A stretch of 62,858 nucleotides of DNA, the filler included, from Choristocarpus tenellus KU-1152 (lineage: Eukaryota; Protista; Phaeophyceae): NCBI GenBank assembly GCA_964200185.2. It is 8 parts of 8 records of this genome, joined end to end, with 100 filler letters (N's around TTAATTAATTAA, not from the genome) between each part and the next. Parts side by side here need not be neighbours in the genome. Positions count along the whole stretch, not along the records: positions 1 to 10,631 come from CAXNAD020002815.1; positions 10,732 to 14,421 come from CAXNAD020018496.1; 6 more parts are not named here. One strand, written 5' to 3'. The position numbers and the translations under genes are program-made. Below the pieces are notes generated by a model. The model was not told the DNA's origin. It was given only the letters and a program-made list of their open reading frames with translations, and did no database searches. Numbering within the stretch: position 1 is the first letter of the stretch; every line of letters starts with the position of its first letter. Shown here piece by piece: positions 1 to 11,719 of the stretch.

Positions 1-1525
1 GGGTGGAGGAAATATGCCATTGGCCGGAGAAAGGGGTTATCTGGGGGGGGGGGGGGACGCTAGACTTAAGAGTCTAGACGGCACGTGCCAATATACAGTG
101 CTCCAGCCCACCACAAAAAGATTGTTCAAGGCACACACAGTTTTGTACATGGCGCACTACATCCGCTCAACAATGCGTTGAACTTGATTGCAAAGTATAA
201 ACATCATCAGCCATGGACATCATAAAAGCATACTGCTCTGCCCACGAACAACATTTTAGTGCATGGAAACCCAGATTTTTTTAATTATTTTAGTGCACAG
301 CCCGCACCAAATACACCCTGTACCTTCAAACACAGGTCGCTTGTGAGATCTGAAAAGCTTTGCTTTGTATCTCAATAAAAAACGACATTTTTCACACTAT
401 CCGTCACTTCCTATAGAACGCAGGTCTCTTTTTGTGATCCCCATGTCGTAATTGCAAGGTGAAAGGCGATATTTGGATTACTTCCTTACCTTACGATGTA
501 CAAGGTGGACTATGTTACAGCTTTCATGGCCTCTTCCCCTGAGTAGACATCTAGGAGCTATATGGAAACACAAGAATAAATCTGTTCCCCCAGCGGCCAA
601 AAATTCTGCGAGCTAGTTCTTGTTCAAGTTCTTGGCTTGATATTGTTGACTCAAACTGGATTTGATCCTCTTTTAAAAGAGAAGAAATTTTTCGATTTTG
701 TAGTAAATTATGTTTTATAACTATATTAGATAAATCTGCATTATTATCTTTTATTACTTCTATCCATCCCAATTAATATCTATACCCATAGTGTAGAAAT
801 TCAATGAACATAAATATTTTTAACAGACGAAAATTTGTGTGTTGCTGTAACACCTCGTGGATTGCAGGTTATCCCCATCAAGCATCAATTATTGAGGTAC
901 CAACATACTGCTGCGGCAGTTAGTCACACAACTGCCTACTCCAGTGGCGCAGTGGTATCTCAAAATTTGACAAAGTCAGAGTCTCGACAATTCACAATCC
1001 CACCTGCACACTGCTCTCCTTCCGTTCAAAAAATAATAGTGGAATGTACTGCAGATAAATCTACAGCTGCAGTCAAACCTCTTATGAGATTGAGAACAAG
1101 CAGAGTGAGAAAGGCATTATTGGTGGGCAAGGATTTAAGGCTCTTGGGTAGATCTACTGTCCCAAGGTATTGAGTATCACGCTGCAACTGAGGAAACACA
1201 GAACCATTTTGGAGCCTCAAGGGAGGTGGCTTAACTAGACACACAAAAAAATCACATGAATCTGCATCGATCAGTCCTTAGCCCTCTACATCTTACCTGC
1301 AGAGAGAGAAAAAAATTACTGCACAGAACCGCAAGGTGTGCACAGTTTGTCACATATACCGATTATCATAACTTTATGTATATATATATATATCTTTAGT
1401 ATTTATCATGTTCCTATGATCTATATTCAAAGTATCAACCTGTCACAATACTGATAGTACAACCACTGTCTTCCATATCACAGACTACATACCAGGGGGC
1501 ATCAGTGAAAATAAGAAATCACTGC

Positions 1526-3410
1526 TCACCTACTAGACAGGTCAGTCTCTGATACTCCCACCCAGTTGCTACCACCAACTCTTCTATTATTCTCTTCACA
1601 CCACTTAAGATAGTGCTCCCAGACCTGAAGACCATCTGGCACAAATTCCCAGTCCCCACTTTCAACCTTCTCTCGAACCTCATCCCAGCCCAGGTATGCT
1701 CCCCATGTCACCTCCTCCTCCTGCCAGCTAATCACCTCCTCAGGCCCAGGCAGGTAATCAAACACCTCCACCAAGCACCGGTTATACTCTGTACTCACTA
1801 TGCACCTTAGACGGCGTTCAAGCCTTTCCGGGTGGAGGCCTAGCCCCAGCTCTTCCCTGAGCTCCCGCAAAGCAGTTTGCTCAGGGGATTCCCCGGTCCC
1901 AGATATACCTCCAATGAACATGTCATACATAGATGGGAACAGGCGTTTGGTGGCTGTTCTTCGGTGGCAGTACACCTCACCCTGGCAATCAGTCAAACCA
2001 GCGACAATGACACACCAGTGCATTTTGGGAGTGACCATATGGGTGGGGGAGTGGAGCCAAAGAAGAATAGGATTGGTCTTAGCATAGGGGGCAGTAAGAA
2101 GGGAAAAATACACAAGTGATCAAGGACATAGTGGCGGTAATTCTATTATGTGTTGGAAAGGGTTGTTGGAGCAACTGGCTCTAAAGGACAACAAAACATC
2201 TATGCTAACTGGAGGTGCAGCAGAACAGGAGTTGCGGGCGGAGGGTCAAGGAGAGCGTTAAGTGCCGTAGAATTCTTCCATTGGTGAAACAACATCGCTG
2301 TAGCAAGAAAGATATTGCTGCCACCTATTGCACAAGGTGTTACATGATCCATGAGGATGAGGCACAATAGTTGAAGTGAAGGCAGAGTCTGCACACACAA
2401 GAAGGAGATAGTTGGAGTAACATTGTTCTGCATATGCAGCGGATGCGAGGAAGCGATTACTGAGCCTCTAGCCAACATGAACTCTATGTTGGCGCCTGAT
2501 CAGCGACAACGGAGATCCGGGGAGAATATGATACCGTGCACCACCTACATCTCACAGGTCCCTCACCTGATCATTCTGAACAAGGATTCCTGCGCCACGG
2601 TGCAAGATATTATGAGTGTGCACCATAGCTCTTGGCAGAGTGCAAATTATGTGGCCATCTGTGCTTATCCAGTCAACCAATTCTTCCCCTGGATTTGCAT
2701 CGCAGTAATCTTCTTGAACCACAGAAGACCCCAAGATCCAGCCACGTAGTGCACGCACAAGAAGGTCTGCCACCTTGGAGTCTATCTCCCTCTCTTTTTG
2801 GGTGCATACATAGGCATTGAGATTTCCACCCTGGGGAATGGCTCCACAGAATCCTACGTAGGAAGCGTCCCCCTTCACATCTTCCACGACAAGGATATCC
2901 TCCTCGAGGTTCACCCCTTGCAAACAAGTGAGGAAATGTCCACAGCATAGCGGATGCGAATGGTTCGAAAGGGAAGATTAGTCATACCACCTTCTTCAGG
3001 TTCTTAAGCTCGCGGTTCTAGATATAGTATTCAGCGGTCACCACCAATGATGAGTTGGTGGTCCAGAAGTGGAGGTAGAGGAATTCTGGGTTTGCCAAAC
3101 CTTGCACAAAGGAGTCTTCCGTTAGATCCTCATCTTCCCCACTGAAGAAAAGTGTGCATGCTCCTTTGATGTTCTCTATACACTCGCCGAGACGCTTAGG
3201 TCTGACGCGATAGCCCTCAAAGTACGTTTCAAAATCACGTACGCCCTTCACATGATTGAAGGTCATTTCCAAATCCTTGGTGCAGGAGGCACATGACAAA
3301 CCCTGCTTTGACAACAGTTTTCCACCATAGCGGATCGCTGGGCCCGCAAAGAACCCGTCGGTCACCGAGAAGAAGTATACCAGGCTTGATATAAGGAGCT
3401 TTAAGTGCAT
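1526..3410 (-). CDS. Nudix hydrolase (YfcD/IPP-isomerase-like), 3 exons (3410-3101, 2916-2567, 1981-1526), likely plastid-targeted
   Basis: Nudix box GGISGTGESPEQTALRELREELGL. LHRGAGILVQNDQ|GEVYCHRRTATKRLFPSMYDM joins across a GT-AG intron, and the exon phases are consistent. N-terminus MHLKLLISSLVYFFSVTDG-FF resembles a signal peptide plus the heterokont +1 Phe motif. The first intron boundary is less certain. Confidence 0.85.
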
Positions 3411-4684
3411 CGCCACAACGGCAATTTAAATGGGGAAGAAGATAAGAGGAAAATATCATTTTCGGGTACATCGTGAGCATAGACAATAATATGATAATAC
3501 TCAACCCATTTTGCCATTATTATATGTCTTCAGAGGACACCTTCCAAAACCACTTATGTCGTTAGAGAACCGCTCCAAGATCGGCAAAGCCTTTGCGAAA
3601 ATGACGTTGACGTGCCCAGAGCAGGTAAGCATAGGTCCTGCTGACACATGGAGGTGTAAAGTTCACGAAACATCTCATAGTAGATAGAAATTGCGCATCT
3701 CCAAAATAGCGATGACACTGTGTTGGGACACTGCTCGGCTTGGAACAGTAGATTATATACGGTCGGTCAACGTTGTGCAACGTTGTGGAGGTGTTATTGC
3801 CAATATCCTCTTAGGCTTAATAGTCTTTCTCCCTGACCTCCTTGGTCGTGGCTGTTCACTGTCCCTTGTACTCTTGGTGGTGACTAGATTGCAGCTTATG
3901 GGAGATGTCTTCAATCGAAGGTTACCGAAGTGGACACAGGGGTATGCGAGAGAGAGTTCTTCGCGCTTAAGAGGTGTTTTCACAACGCGGTGAGGAGAGG
4001 GGTTGGCAGCAGGCTTGCAAAATGCGCCAACCATGTGTAACATTTGGTACAAATAGATCCTCTATGACACTTGCGATAGAAGGCGCGTAGCTTGGGGACG
4101 TCACTAGGGGAAAGAGCTTGACCAAAAAATCGCTCTGATTTGCAGTGTATAGAGCTTTTGCTTGTTTAGGGCTTCCTAATTCCTCCCTATCCACCTCGTT
4201 TCTGGCACACTGACGCAAGCACTAGTTCGATCACACTGTTGTTTATGTAATGCTCATCCACAAGCACCAACACTCAAGCATGGACATGTCTTGTTCGCAG
4301 GCGAAGGGGCTCAAGGTTTCGCGATAGCGGGGCTGTATATGGTATACATGCGAAAAGGCGGGAGGATGGGGGGATCAAAACGCCGTTGCTCCTGCGGAAA
4401 TACAGTTCCTAAGTGTGAAGGTTTATGGAGCATGTGAGAAACACTTGTATGGAGGCCTATTCAATAGGAGGTCAGCGATCCCTTGTTGCCGCTACATGAG
4501 CGTTGGTGGACAGCGGCCCTTGACTCTTAGCTTCACCATGGACAAGTGTAAATATATTGAGGTCAAAATTGTTAAAAACATGTCTTCAAAGTGTGGATGG
4601 AGTGATTAGGTAGAAGAATTACAGTGTTGGTGACAGATGTACTCTTTCTGGATAAACTTTTGCAGTACCCACCAAAGATATGTA

Positions 4685-7400
4685 CTATGTAGTGGTTCCG
4701 TTCTTTGCTGATGGAGTGAAGTTCTGGGATACTGTTTCTTCCAGATCATACCTCTTCTTACCAGTAGCAATCAACCTGGGAATAACCTTGCATATGTGAA
4801 TTAATTCACTAAATAGTATACCTTTGTCGGTATTGATATCAGTATCCATAACCTTGCCAACCCATCCTGGTCGACCCATGCTCCAACGATGGCACTGGAG
4901 TATAATCCTCCATTCTCTTCTCATAGTTCCGACACCTTGCCATTCCTGGAAGATTGCCATCGGAAAAGCTACTGAATTCTCCTGCAACACTTGCTTCCCT
5001 CACAATTTCCATGCCACTCTTTCCCTTGCGGGGTGTACGCTTTGTAACATGAGTAGTATCCGGTGCACGTATAGTACCTATCAATGCTCCTGTTTGTCTG
5101 ATTTGTAGGTGAGGACTGGACTATGCGTTGTGAGTGTTGTCTTTCTGAATCAATTACGCCTTTCCATATCTTGCAAATCCAAAGGGATGATGTTTTCCCC
5201 AGCAAGATAAAGATAGCTTCTTTTCAGTCCATTTGTAAATCTAACTCTGTCTGATTCTCTCAAGCCCTCACCGAGACAGATGAGGGTACAAGGATGGGCA
5301 TTTCTAGCGATGCTGTTGACACCATTGCTACACAGTATCCTTTCACCATGGATTCATTAACATCCATACATCAGATGTGACTAGCCCAACACACCACTAA
5401 TATAATATTTCTGTTGCCATTGCAATCATACATCTAGTGTGGACTGGAATTTGGGTCAAGGAATGACACACTGTATTGACTCCAGGTTGCAGTTAGTAAA
5501 ACAAAAAGGTTAATAGTATGACCGATTTTCAAGGGGTATGTTGATTGGGGTGTGAAGATGGATGTAACATGTCCTGAGCTGGGTGTGACAGTTTTCAGCA
5601 TATCTTGTTGGACTAGGAAACTGATGTTTGTATGTTGAGTGGTGTACAGTGTCTTTCATCAAAGGCTGCAAATGAGGAGAGCACTTGAAGGATGGATGGA
5701 AACAATAGGTAAGGGTCGACGCATGAACAACAGGGACTTTTGTCTAAGGTTTGATTGTCATGGGTGCAGTAGAAATACCGTGTCAGTGTAGGTCATGGGA
5801 GGAGAGCCTCCTCTGCAGTGCCACCTGTGCTCAAAATAGGTCCATATCTCGATAGGGCTGACAGCTAGTGCAAGAAATTTCTGTTTTCTGTCAAGAAATA
5901 GGAGGTCAGTGCAGAGGTTTGACAATGTAGTCTTTTGTGGCACATTGTATTGCTGATTAATCAACCCTATATCAAGCCCTGAATGCAACCACCACTCAAT
6001 ATCTCATCTTCTGGTGGTTCATCCCCTTTGTTGACATACATGTATCACACTCAGATAATCACCTCTATAAGTGAGCTTGACCTCTTGCCCTTCCAGCTGA
6101 AGCCATTATGATGCTGTTGAAGGTGGGGAGCTATCCACAACCTCAAAATCAAGACTGTATCCCCTTCCACCAAGCTGTTCAGGTTGCATTGAGGCCAAGT
6201 GTAGCGTAGTGTGGCATTGAGAAAAGGTACACTCTCTGTAGTGATCTTTGGCTATGCAAGACATGACTGAAACGTGTTGTGAAGTCACCACACTCTCATA
6301 CCCTCACCCACCGTCAACTTCATTGGCACATGTTGAACAGTAGTTCTTGAGATAGATTGGTGAAGAGCCATAATAATGTGAAGAATAACACTGCTTTTAG
6401 ACACAGGTCTTGATCTATGTTCTGGGTCATATATATCTTTGAGGGTAGAGTTGCGTCCATTTGCGGATTGAAATCCTATGTTGCAATTTTTATGGAATTT
6501 TGGCTATTGTGTTTGTTATGAGATGCCAATATCCTTGTTCTGGACGCACTTTTTCATAATGTATACATTTCACCTTAGAAAATAATTGGAGTAGGAAAAA
6601 TGTCATTAAAAACCCTTGGGAAGTCAAGCCCCAAATGGACAAACAGGGGAAAACTTCTACCCTCTAAGATACTTGTACTCTTCTGAGGAGATGGATAGAG
6701 CTCTATTGAAGGTTTGACTTGTAGATTTATTATTCATTGCTCTTGATTTTTTAATTTTTATCTGCTGGGGTCTCAGTACCGGCGCCTCCCCGGTTTCTTG
6801 TTTCACACATTACAGCACACCAATGAGATGCTTGTGCAGCATTGGCAATAACGCCGTTCTTGATTTGGCGCATCAGTTGTGCAATAGACGGGACTTTTAT
6901 GGAGATCCTGCTCTCCCCAAACTAAGTACCCGATAAAGATGAGTTCCAACTTCCCATTGGGAGCCAACCCTTTCTCATTGGAAGAGGTCATGGAAGATAG
7001 GACAAGGTTGGTCTGCAAAGAGAACTCTTGTAGGTACCCGAGGGTGTGGACACAAGACTGTGGATATTGCCAATGCCAACATGAGCAGTAATAGTGGAGT
7101 GATTAAGGGGCAGGGAATGGATTTTCCAGGGCAAATAGACCATCCCATGGTGTAATTGTTGCTGTCTACAAAACCATTCTCCTTCAAATCTTGTCAAAAT
7201 GACCCATTGCTTCATCCTACATGTGGTGCCTCAACTACCTGTGCACCTGGGAAACAAATAAATACATATATGCGGCAATCATGGGCCTCCAGTCCCCAAA
7301 CTGCTGATTTTGAAAAACGAAAGTGCAGCATGGGACTATTGTAGACTGTTCCAGCGAGTTCTTGAGCAACAATGAAGAAAAGGTGCATGATTCCATCAAA
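4685..7400 (-). pseudogene. Highly degraded piggyBac-like transposase remnant, interrupted by a MITE
   Basis: Broken motifs in the expected order: ELIFIGYLVWG...RRYCQC, LTVGEGMRVW (cf. LxVDESMxxW), FCFTNC, MVKGYCVAM-GVNS (cf. YNxxMGGVD). Many stops; few CpG. Motif matches are weak. Confidence 0.3.
6424..6680. mobile_element. MITE family A, full length (257 bp), TTCT target-site duplication
   Basis: Diverged TIRs GGGTCATATATATCTTTGAGGGTAG ... CTACCCTCTAAGATACTTGTACTC. TTCT at 6420-6423 and 6681-6684. Internal sequence matches the other A copies. Confidence 0.85.
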
Positions 7401-7469
7401 CCCATCCTTTTGAGGCTGAGGGGACTTGAAGATGCTCTTTACCCATACGCATTGATGCTTGCTAGAGTA

Positions 7470-8938
7470 TCATGAATGGGACTCCTTCCGAAGTCGATCG
7501 AGCTCACTTATCCGCTGAGAGATTTCAGCCTTTATCCTGGGTTCATCATCAAAGGGAACCCCAGAAGCACGGGCATCTAGCAGAAATTTCTGCCGTTCCT
7601 CAATTTCGCTGGCCACCTGCAAGAAAAATATGTTTTGGAAGTCATCTATCGCACAAGGGGGACTGGGATGCAATGGTTTGGAGAGGGAATAAGGTTTTTG
7701 AGGATCCAACATTTAACCGCCATCTTGGTACAAACTAATCGCACAAATGTTTAAAGTTCCATAGCTGCACTTCATGCCCTAACTAGTGTTCAACACCTCC
7801 TCAGTTGACATGACACTGTGACTGAGTTAAACAAATGTTGCTGCTCACACCTGATCAAACATGGTGAACTCCAAACTGTCTCCTTCTCCCCTATGTCCAA
7901 AGTCTTTAACTACTTCCTCAGGGAGTCCTTTCCGTCTTCGCCTCACTCGAGCTACTCGATTAGCCTCTAACTGTTTCCAGCGCTCCTCAGAAGGTGTTGT
8001 ACCTGCTGGAGTGGTCATTTCATCAGGCAGCGCTTTCCCACCTCCAAACTCAAATCTCTCTGCAAGCCTGAAGGTGGGCGAGAGGAGACGTTTTTCTAAT
8101 GAAAAGGAGAGCACCATTACCCCTCAAACGATTGCATTCTACTCATCATTGATTCACATGAAGGTCAAGCTGCTCCTTAGTAGTGATGATTCCAATGTCA
8201 CTCAAGTGCACCCACTCTTAGTGTTACAATACCTTTCTTTTTCATTGTCTCCAATAGGTTTGATGAATGGTGGACGGTAGTGTGCTATTTTGTCCCACAA
8301 TTCTGCCTGCTCTTGTGCAATAGCTGGTCCTGGCTTCCTCTGGGACCTTCTGATAATGGCAGGGTTTGCATTTTGGACTCCATTGTCTCGTGCATTACCC
8401 CTATTAAGCAGATGTACAGAACTGTGTTGTTTGAGGGTCACCATGGGCCCAAAGTTGCATTGGGTTGATTAAGGTAGGTGTGGTAGCTACCTAATGCTTT
8501 GCTATGACGCCATTTCCAACTCTACAAGTATGTATTCCACTATATTGCCCCAATATGTGATACGGAGAGCACACACAATGGTGAACAGGTGGGTGGTATG
8601 CAGGAAGGGGGTGTTAGATAAAGTGACCCTTATGCTCTTACGAGTAGTGAGGGGCACCAAAAAGAATGTATCAACAGGACTCACAGACTCTACCATCAGA
8701 GGTGTAGACTTTGGACTCCATAGCTACTGCACTATAGTCGAGGTAGTGTCGTATCGCCAGTTTCCCCACATTCCAAACATGAATCTAAAGACGGGAAGAT
8801 GTCCTACCTGAACTTGGGCACACGCACCCCTTTGTTGGTCTTCTTTGAGATCTGCTTTGGATCTTTCACTTGTGGTGTTGGAGGAAGATTAGCCCTCGGA
8901 ATGGTTTTGATCTGCTCAGCAAAAGGGAGTGCGTTCAT
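7470..8938 (-). CDS. UPF0193/EVG1 (C22orf23-like) protein, 4 exons (8938-8808, 8400-8233, 8067-7851, 7616-7470)
   Basis: Phase-consistent GT-AG introns. C-terminus MFDQ|VASEIEERQKFLLDARASG...RIKAEISQRISELDRL matches the UPF0193 pattern (EIxERxxFL...IxAEISQ). Confidence 0.75.
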
Positions 8939-10631
8939 TGTCAACAAATGGAGTGCGTTCCAAACTGTCTGCGCAGAGCATATCTACTTTGATTGCCGTC
9001 CCTAACCATCAAATTGGAAATCATACGATATGACGAAATCCTACCGAGTTCACAGCGCTGATTCAAGAAGGGTAGTCATGGTAACAGCTATATGTGCTGG
9101 CTACAGTAGTGTTGCCTGTATCCCCACCCTGGTTATAAACCTGTTTTGATATAGGTGACCTGATAGTCCTCTTTGTGGACAGTCACGTCGAGGATTCCTC
9201 CCGTCTGCGCAAGTCCAATTCAGAACCTAACCCCCTACGAAAAGAAACCAATCTTCATCGACAAGCGAGTATGTCACAATATATATATACATGGTTGCAG
9301 CTGTCGTTTATGGCTTAGGGATGGTCATGATGACCTTTGGATAATTGATCTCTGGTCGAATTCCATATATTTTTTTCAAGAGCTTCGCAGTCTCGGGATC
9401 GTCATGCAAGCACTTCCACATATTTCCATAAGGTAGGACAATGCTCCAACCGAGATTCCCACACAATTCATACAACCAATTGCCCCAACAACATTTTCTG
9501 CTTTGTGATTGTTGCTGTATCATGGACTACAGTTTCACGTAGGGTTAGGGAAAACTCAGCAATTTCATGGAGGTTCTCGCATCCCACTGTTTGTCTGTCG
9601 TAACTCTAAAGTAGTACAGAAGCCTTCTATCACAGGACAAAGATCAGAAAAACGATGCAGTCTTTATTGATACCACTATGTAAGTATCTGAGGAAACTAC
9701 TTACTCAGAGCTCTTATCATATGATAGTAAACCTTGCAAAGTTTTGGGTACCTTGTCTAGGGTTGCTACCTCTTGGGGAGTGCATCATGTATATAGAACT
9801 TTATACAATACTATTTTACAAGTGGCAAATTTTTTAATGTATGTAGGGGGGGGGTTAAAGTGGAAGGGCATTATGTCGCGGCAGTTTTGTATTTCGTCTC
9901 CTGTGCAATACTTGTGAATCGGTCGTGGGAGACACCACCTTCTCTTCTGTGATGGGCATCTCCCGAACAGGAGGACTCTTCAAACACTCGATGCTTGGCG
10001 AAAAATTGCACCACCTCCGTACAAGGGTTTTGGCCCTTTTACCAACCAATCATTCCCCCCCCCAAAAAGGATCAATGATTCGAGGAGGCGTAATATTATG
10101 ACTATTTTCTTTTCCATTGATGGCTTCACGTGGTTCTGTGTAGGTAGGCAAATATTTCAAGCAAAATGCTACTCATGTCATGGGTGGATGGGGTGCAGTT
10201 GGATTGTGAGGGATTGTGAGGGGGAAATAGTGGCATGAAGTGCCAGGATTTGTAGGTGAAGTAACACTGCATAACATATTTGTACTTTTTTTCCATTTGG
10301 AGATACCTGCCACCAGGCTGCCTAGACGGGGATGAATCGACTCCCCTTAGAGGTCCCCCTCGGAGATTATATTAAATTTACCACTGTGGCATCACCATGT
10401 AGAACAGACTGCGTGCAGAAACCACAGTACATCGATCTTGATGGGCAATATCAGCTGAAATAACGATTCATCAATGGAATAATGTCGCCATTTTCTGCTT
10501 GGTTATAGATTCACAAATCCTCTCAACTCTAAGGCACCGCAAATTTGTACTGATAGTTGTTTGTCATTTGTTCTTAGGGTCAAAGTATCTGGGGTGTGTG
10601 TGTGGTTTGTGAGGGGGAAATAGTGGCATGA

Positions 10632-10731
10632 NNNNNNNNNNNNNNNNNNNNNNNNNNNNNNNNNNNNNNNNNNNNTTAATTAATTAANNNNNNNNNNNNN
10701 NNNNNNNNNNNNNNNNNNNNNNNNNNNNNNN
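10632..10731. other. Artificial contig spacer N44-TTAATTAATTAA-N44
   Basis: Identical 100-bp six-frame-stop linker, present 7 times in the window. Confidence 0.99.
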
Positions 10732-10826
10732 CATCCGTCGTACGCAACCAAATCACACAAAAGTCACGACATGAAAAAATTGCCCCCAAATGGACAGCCT
10801 CCACCCCCTCCCAGATACTTTGAGCC
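10732..10826. mobile_element. MITE family B end (contig-truncated), abutting a family A end
   Basis: Terminus ...CCCCCTCCCAGATACTTTGAGCC, also seen at 43065-43131, 60721-60798 and inverted at 52255. Confidence 0.75.
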
Positions 10827-10907
10827 TGTCATAAAAAATCCCGAGAGAAGTCAAGCCCCAAATGGACAAACAGGGCAAACCTCGTACCCTCTAAGGTACT
10901 TTCACTC
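10827..10907. mobile_element. MITE family A terminal fragment
   Basis: AAGCCCCAAATGGACAAACAGGGCAAACCTCGTACCCTCTAAGGTACTTTCACTC. Confidence 0.85.
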
Positions 10908-11719
10908 AATACATGTGTGGTGTGCATCATCTTTCAAGTACTCCAGTGTAAATAGTTCACAGGAACATCCATGTAACATAGTTTATACAACACTGATAAG
11001 TCAAAGTAATATTATTAATAGGACTTTAATGTGGTTGCTGGTCAAGAATATACCAATTTGTACATTTTGTCTTCGATAGTATTTACCCCATATAGGGTAT
11101 GAGTCTGTGCATATATACTTTGAAGTACTCAAACAAGTAGTACATGCGTACAATCCTGCTTAGTTGTGTACACATACCACTGCACCAAGTAGGATAAGGT
11201 ACTACTACTTTGCACACTCTCTCTATGTTCAAACCTCGGAGGAGAAGTAGTTCAGCAGTATGTTTCGGAAATAGATTGGACCAGAAGAAACAACAAAAAC
11301 GGTGAAGGCAGGGAAAGGGACATCTGGTGAGGTATAATAAATAGTTTACTATATTTTAGCATTGTACGTACGTACATACGTAGATAATACGATACGCATA
11401 CATATATTAGGTACTTACCCTGTATAGCGCATACACATAGGTTTATTATTGTACGTTGCTGCTGTACCTTGTCGTCCATAATTGTTCCAGAATATGCATT
11501 AAATGCGATTGAACTTAGCTTAGGATCGAGCAGGCACCACTTGCTCCAGACTACATTATGCATAGGTGTAAGAATTACTCCTACTACTACTACTGCCTTC
11601 GTGCATAAGCCTGTGCAGCGTTGTCCATAACTTTTGAAGGCATTGATGAAATTCATTTCTGAAAGAAGATTAGGAATCCTTGACGAATTTCTGGTCAGGG
11701 TCAGCTCTTTGTATTATTA

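Noticed and set aside
3018-3020. TAG readthrough in Nudix exon 1
   Set aside because: A phase-consistent GT-AG intron (3100-2917) removes the stop.
3544-4600. Several short ORFs upstream of the Nudix gene
   Set aside because: No recognisable motifs and no consistent exon chain.
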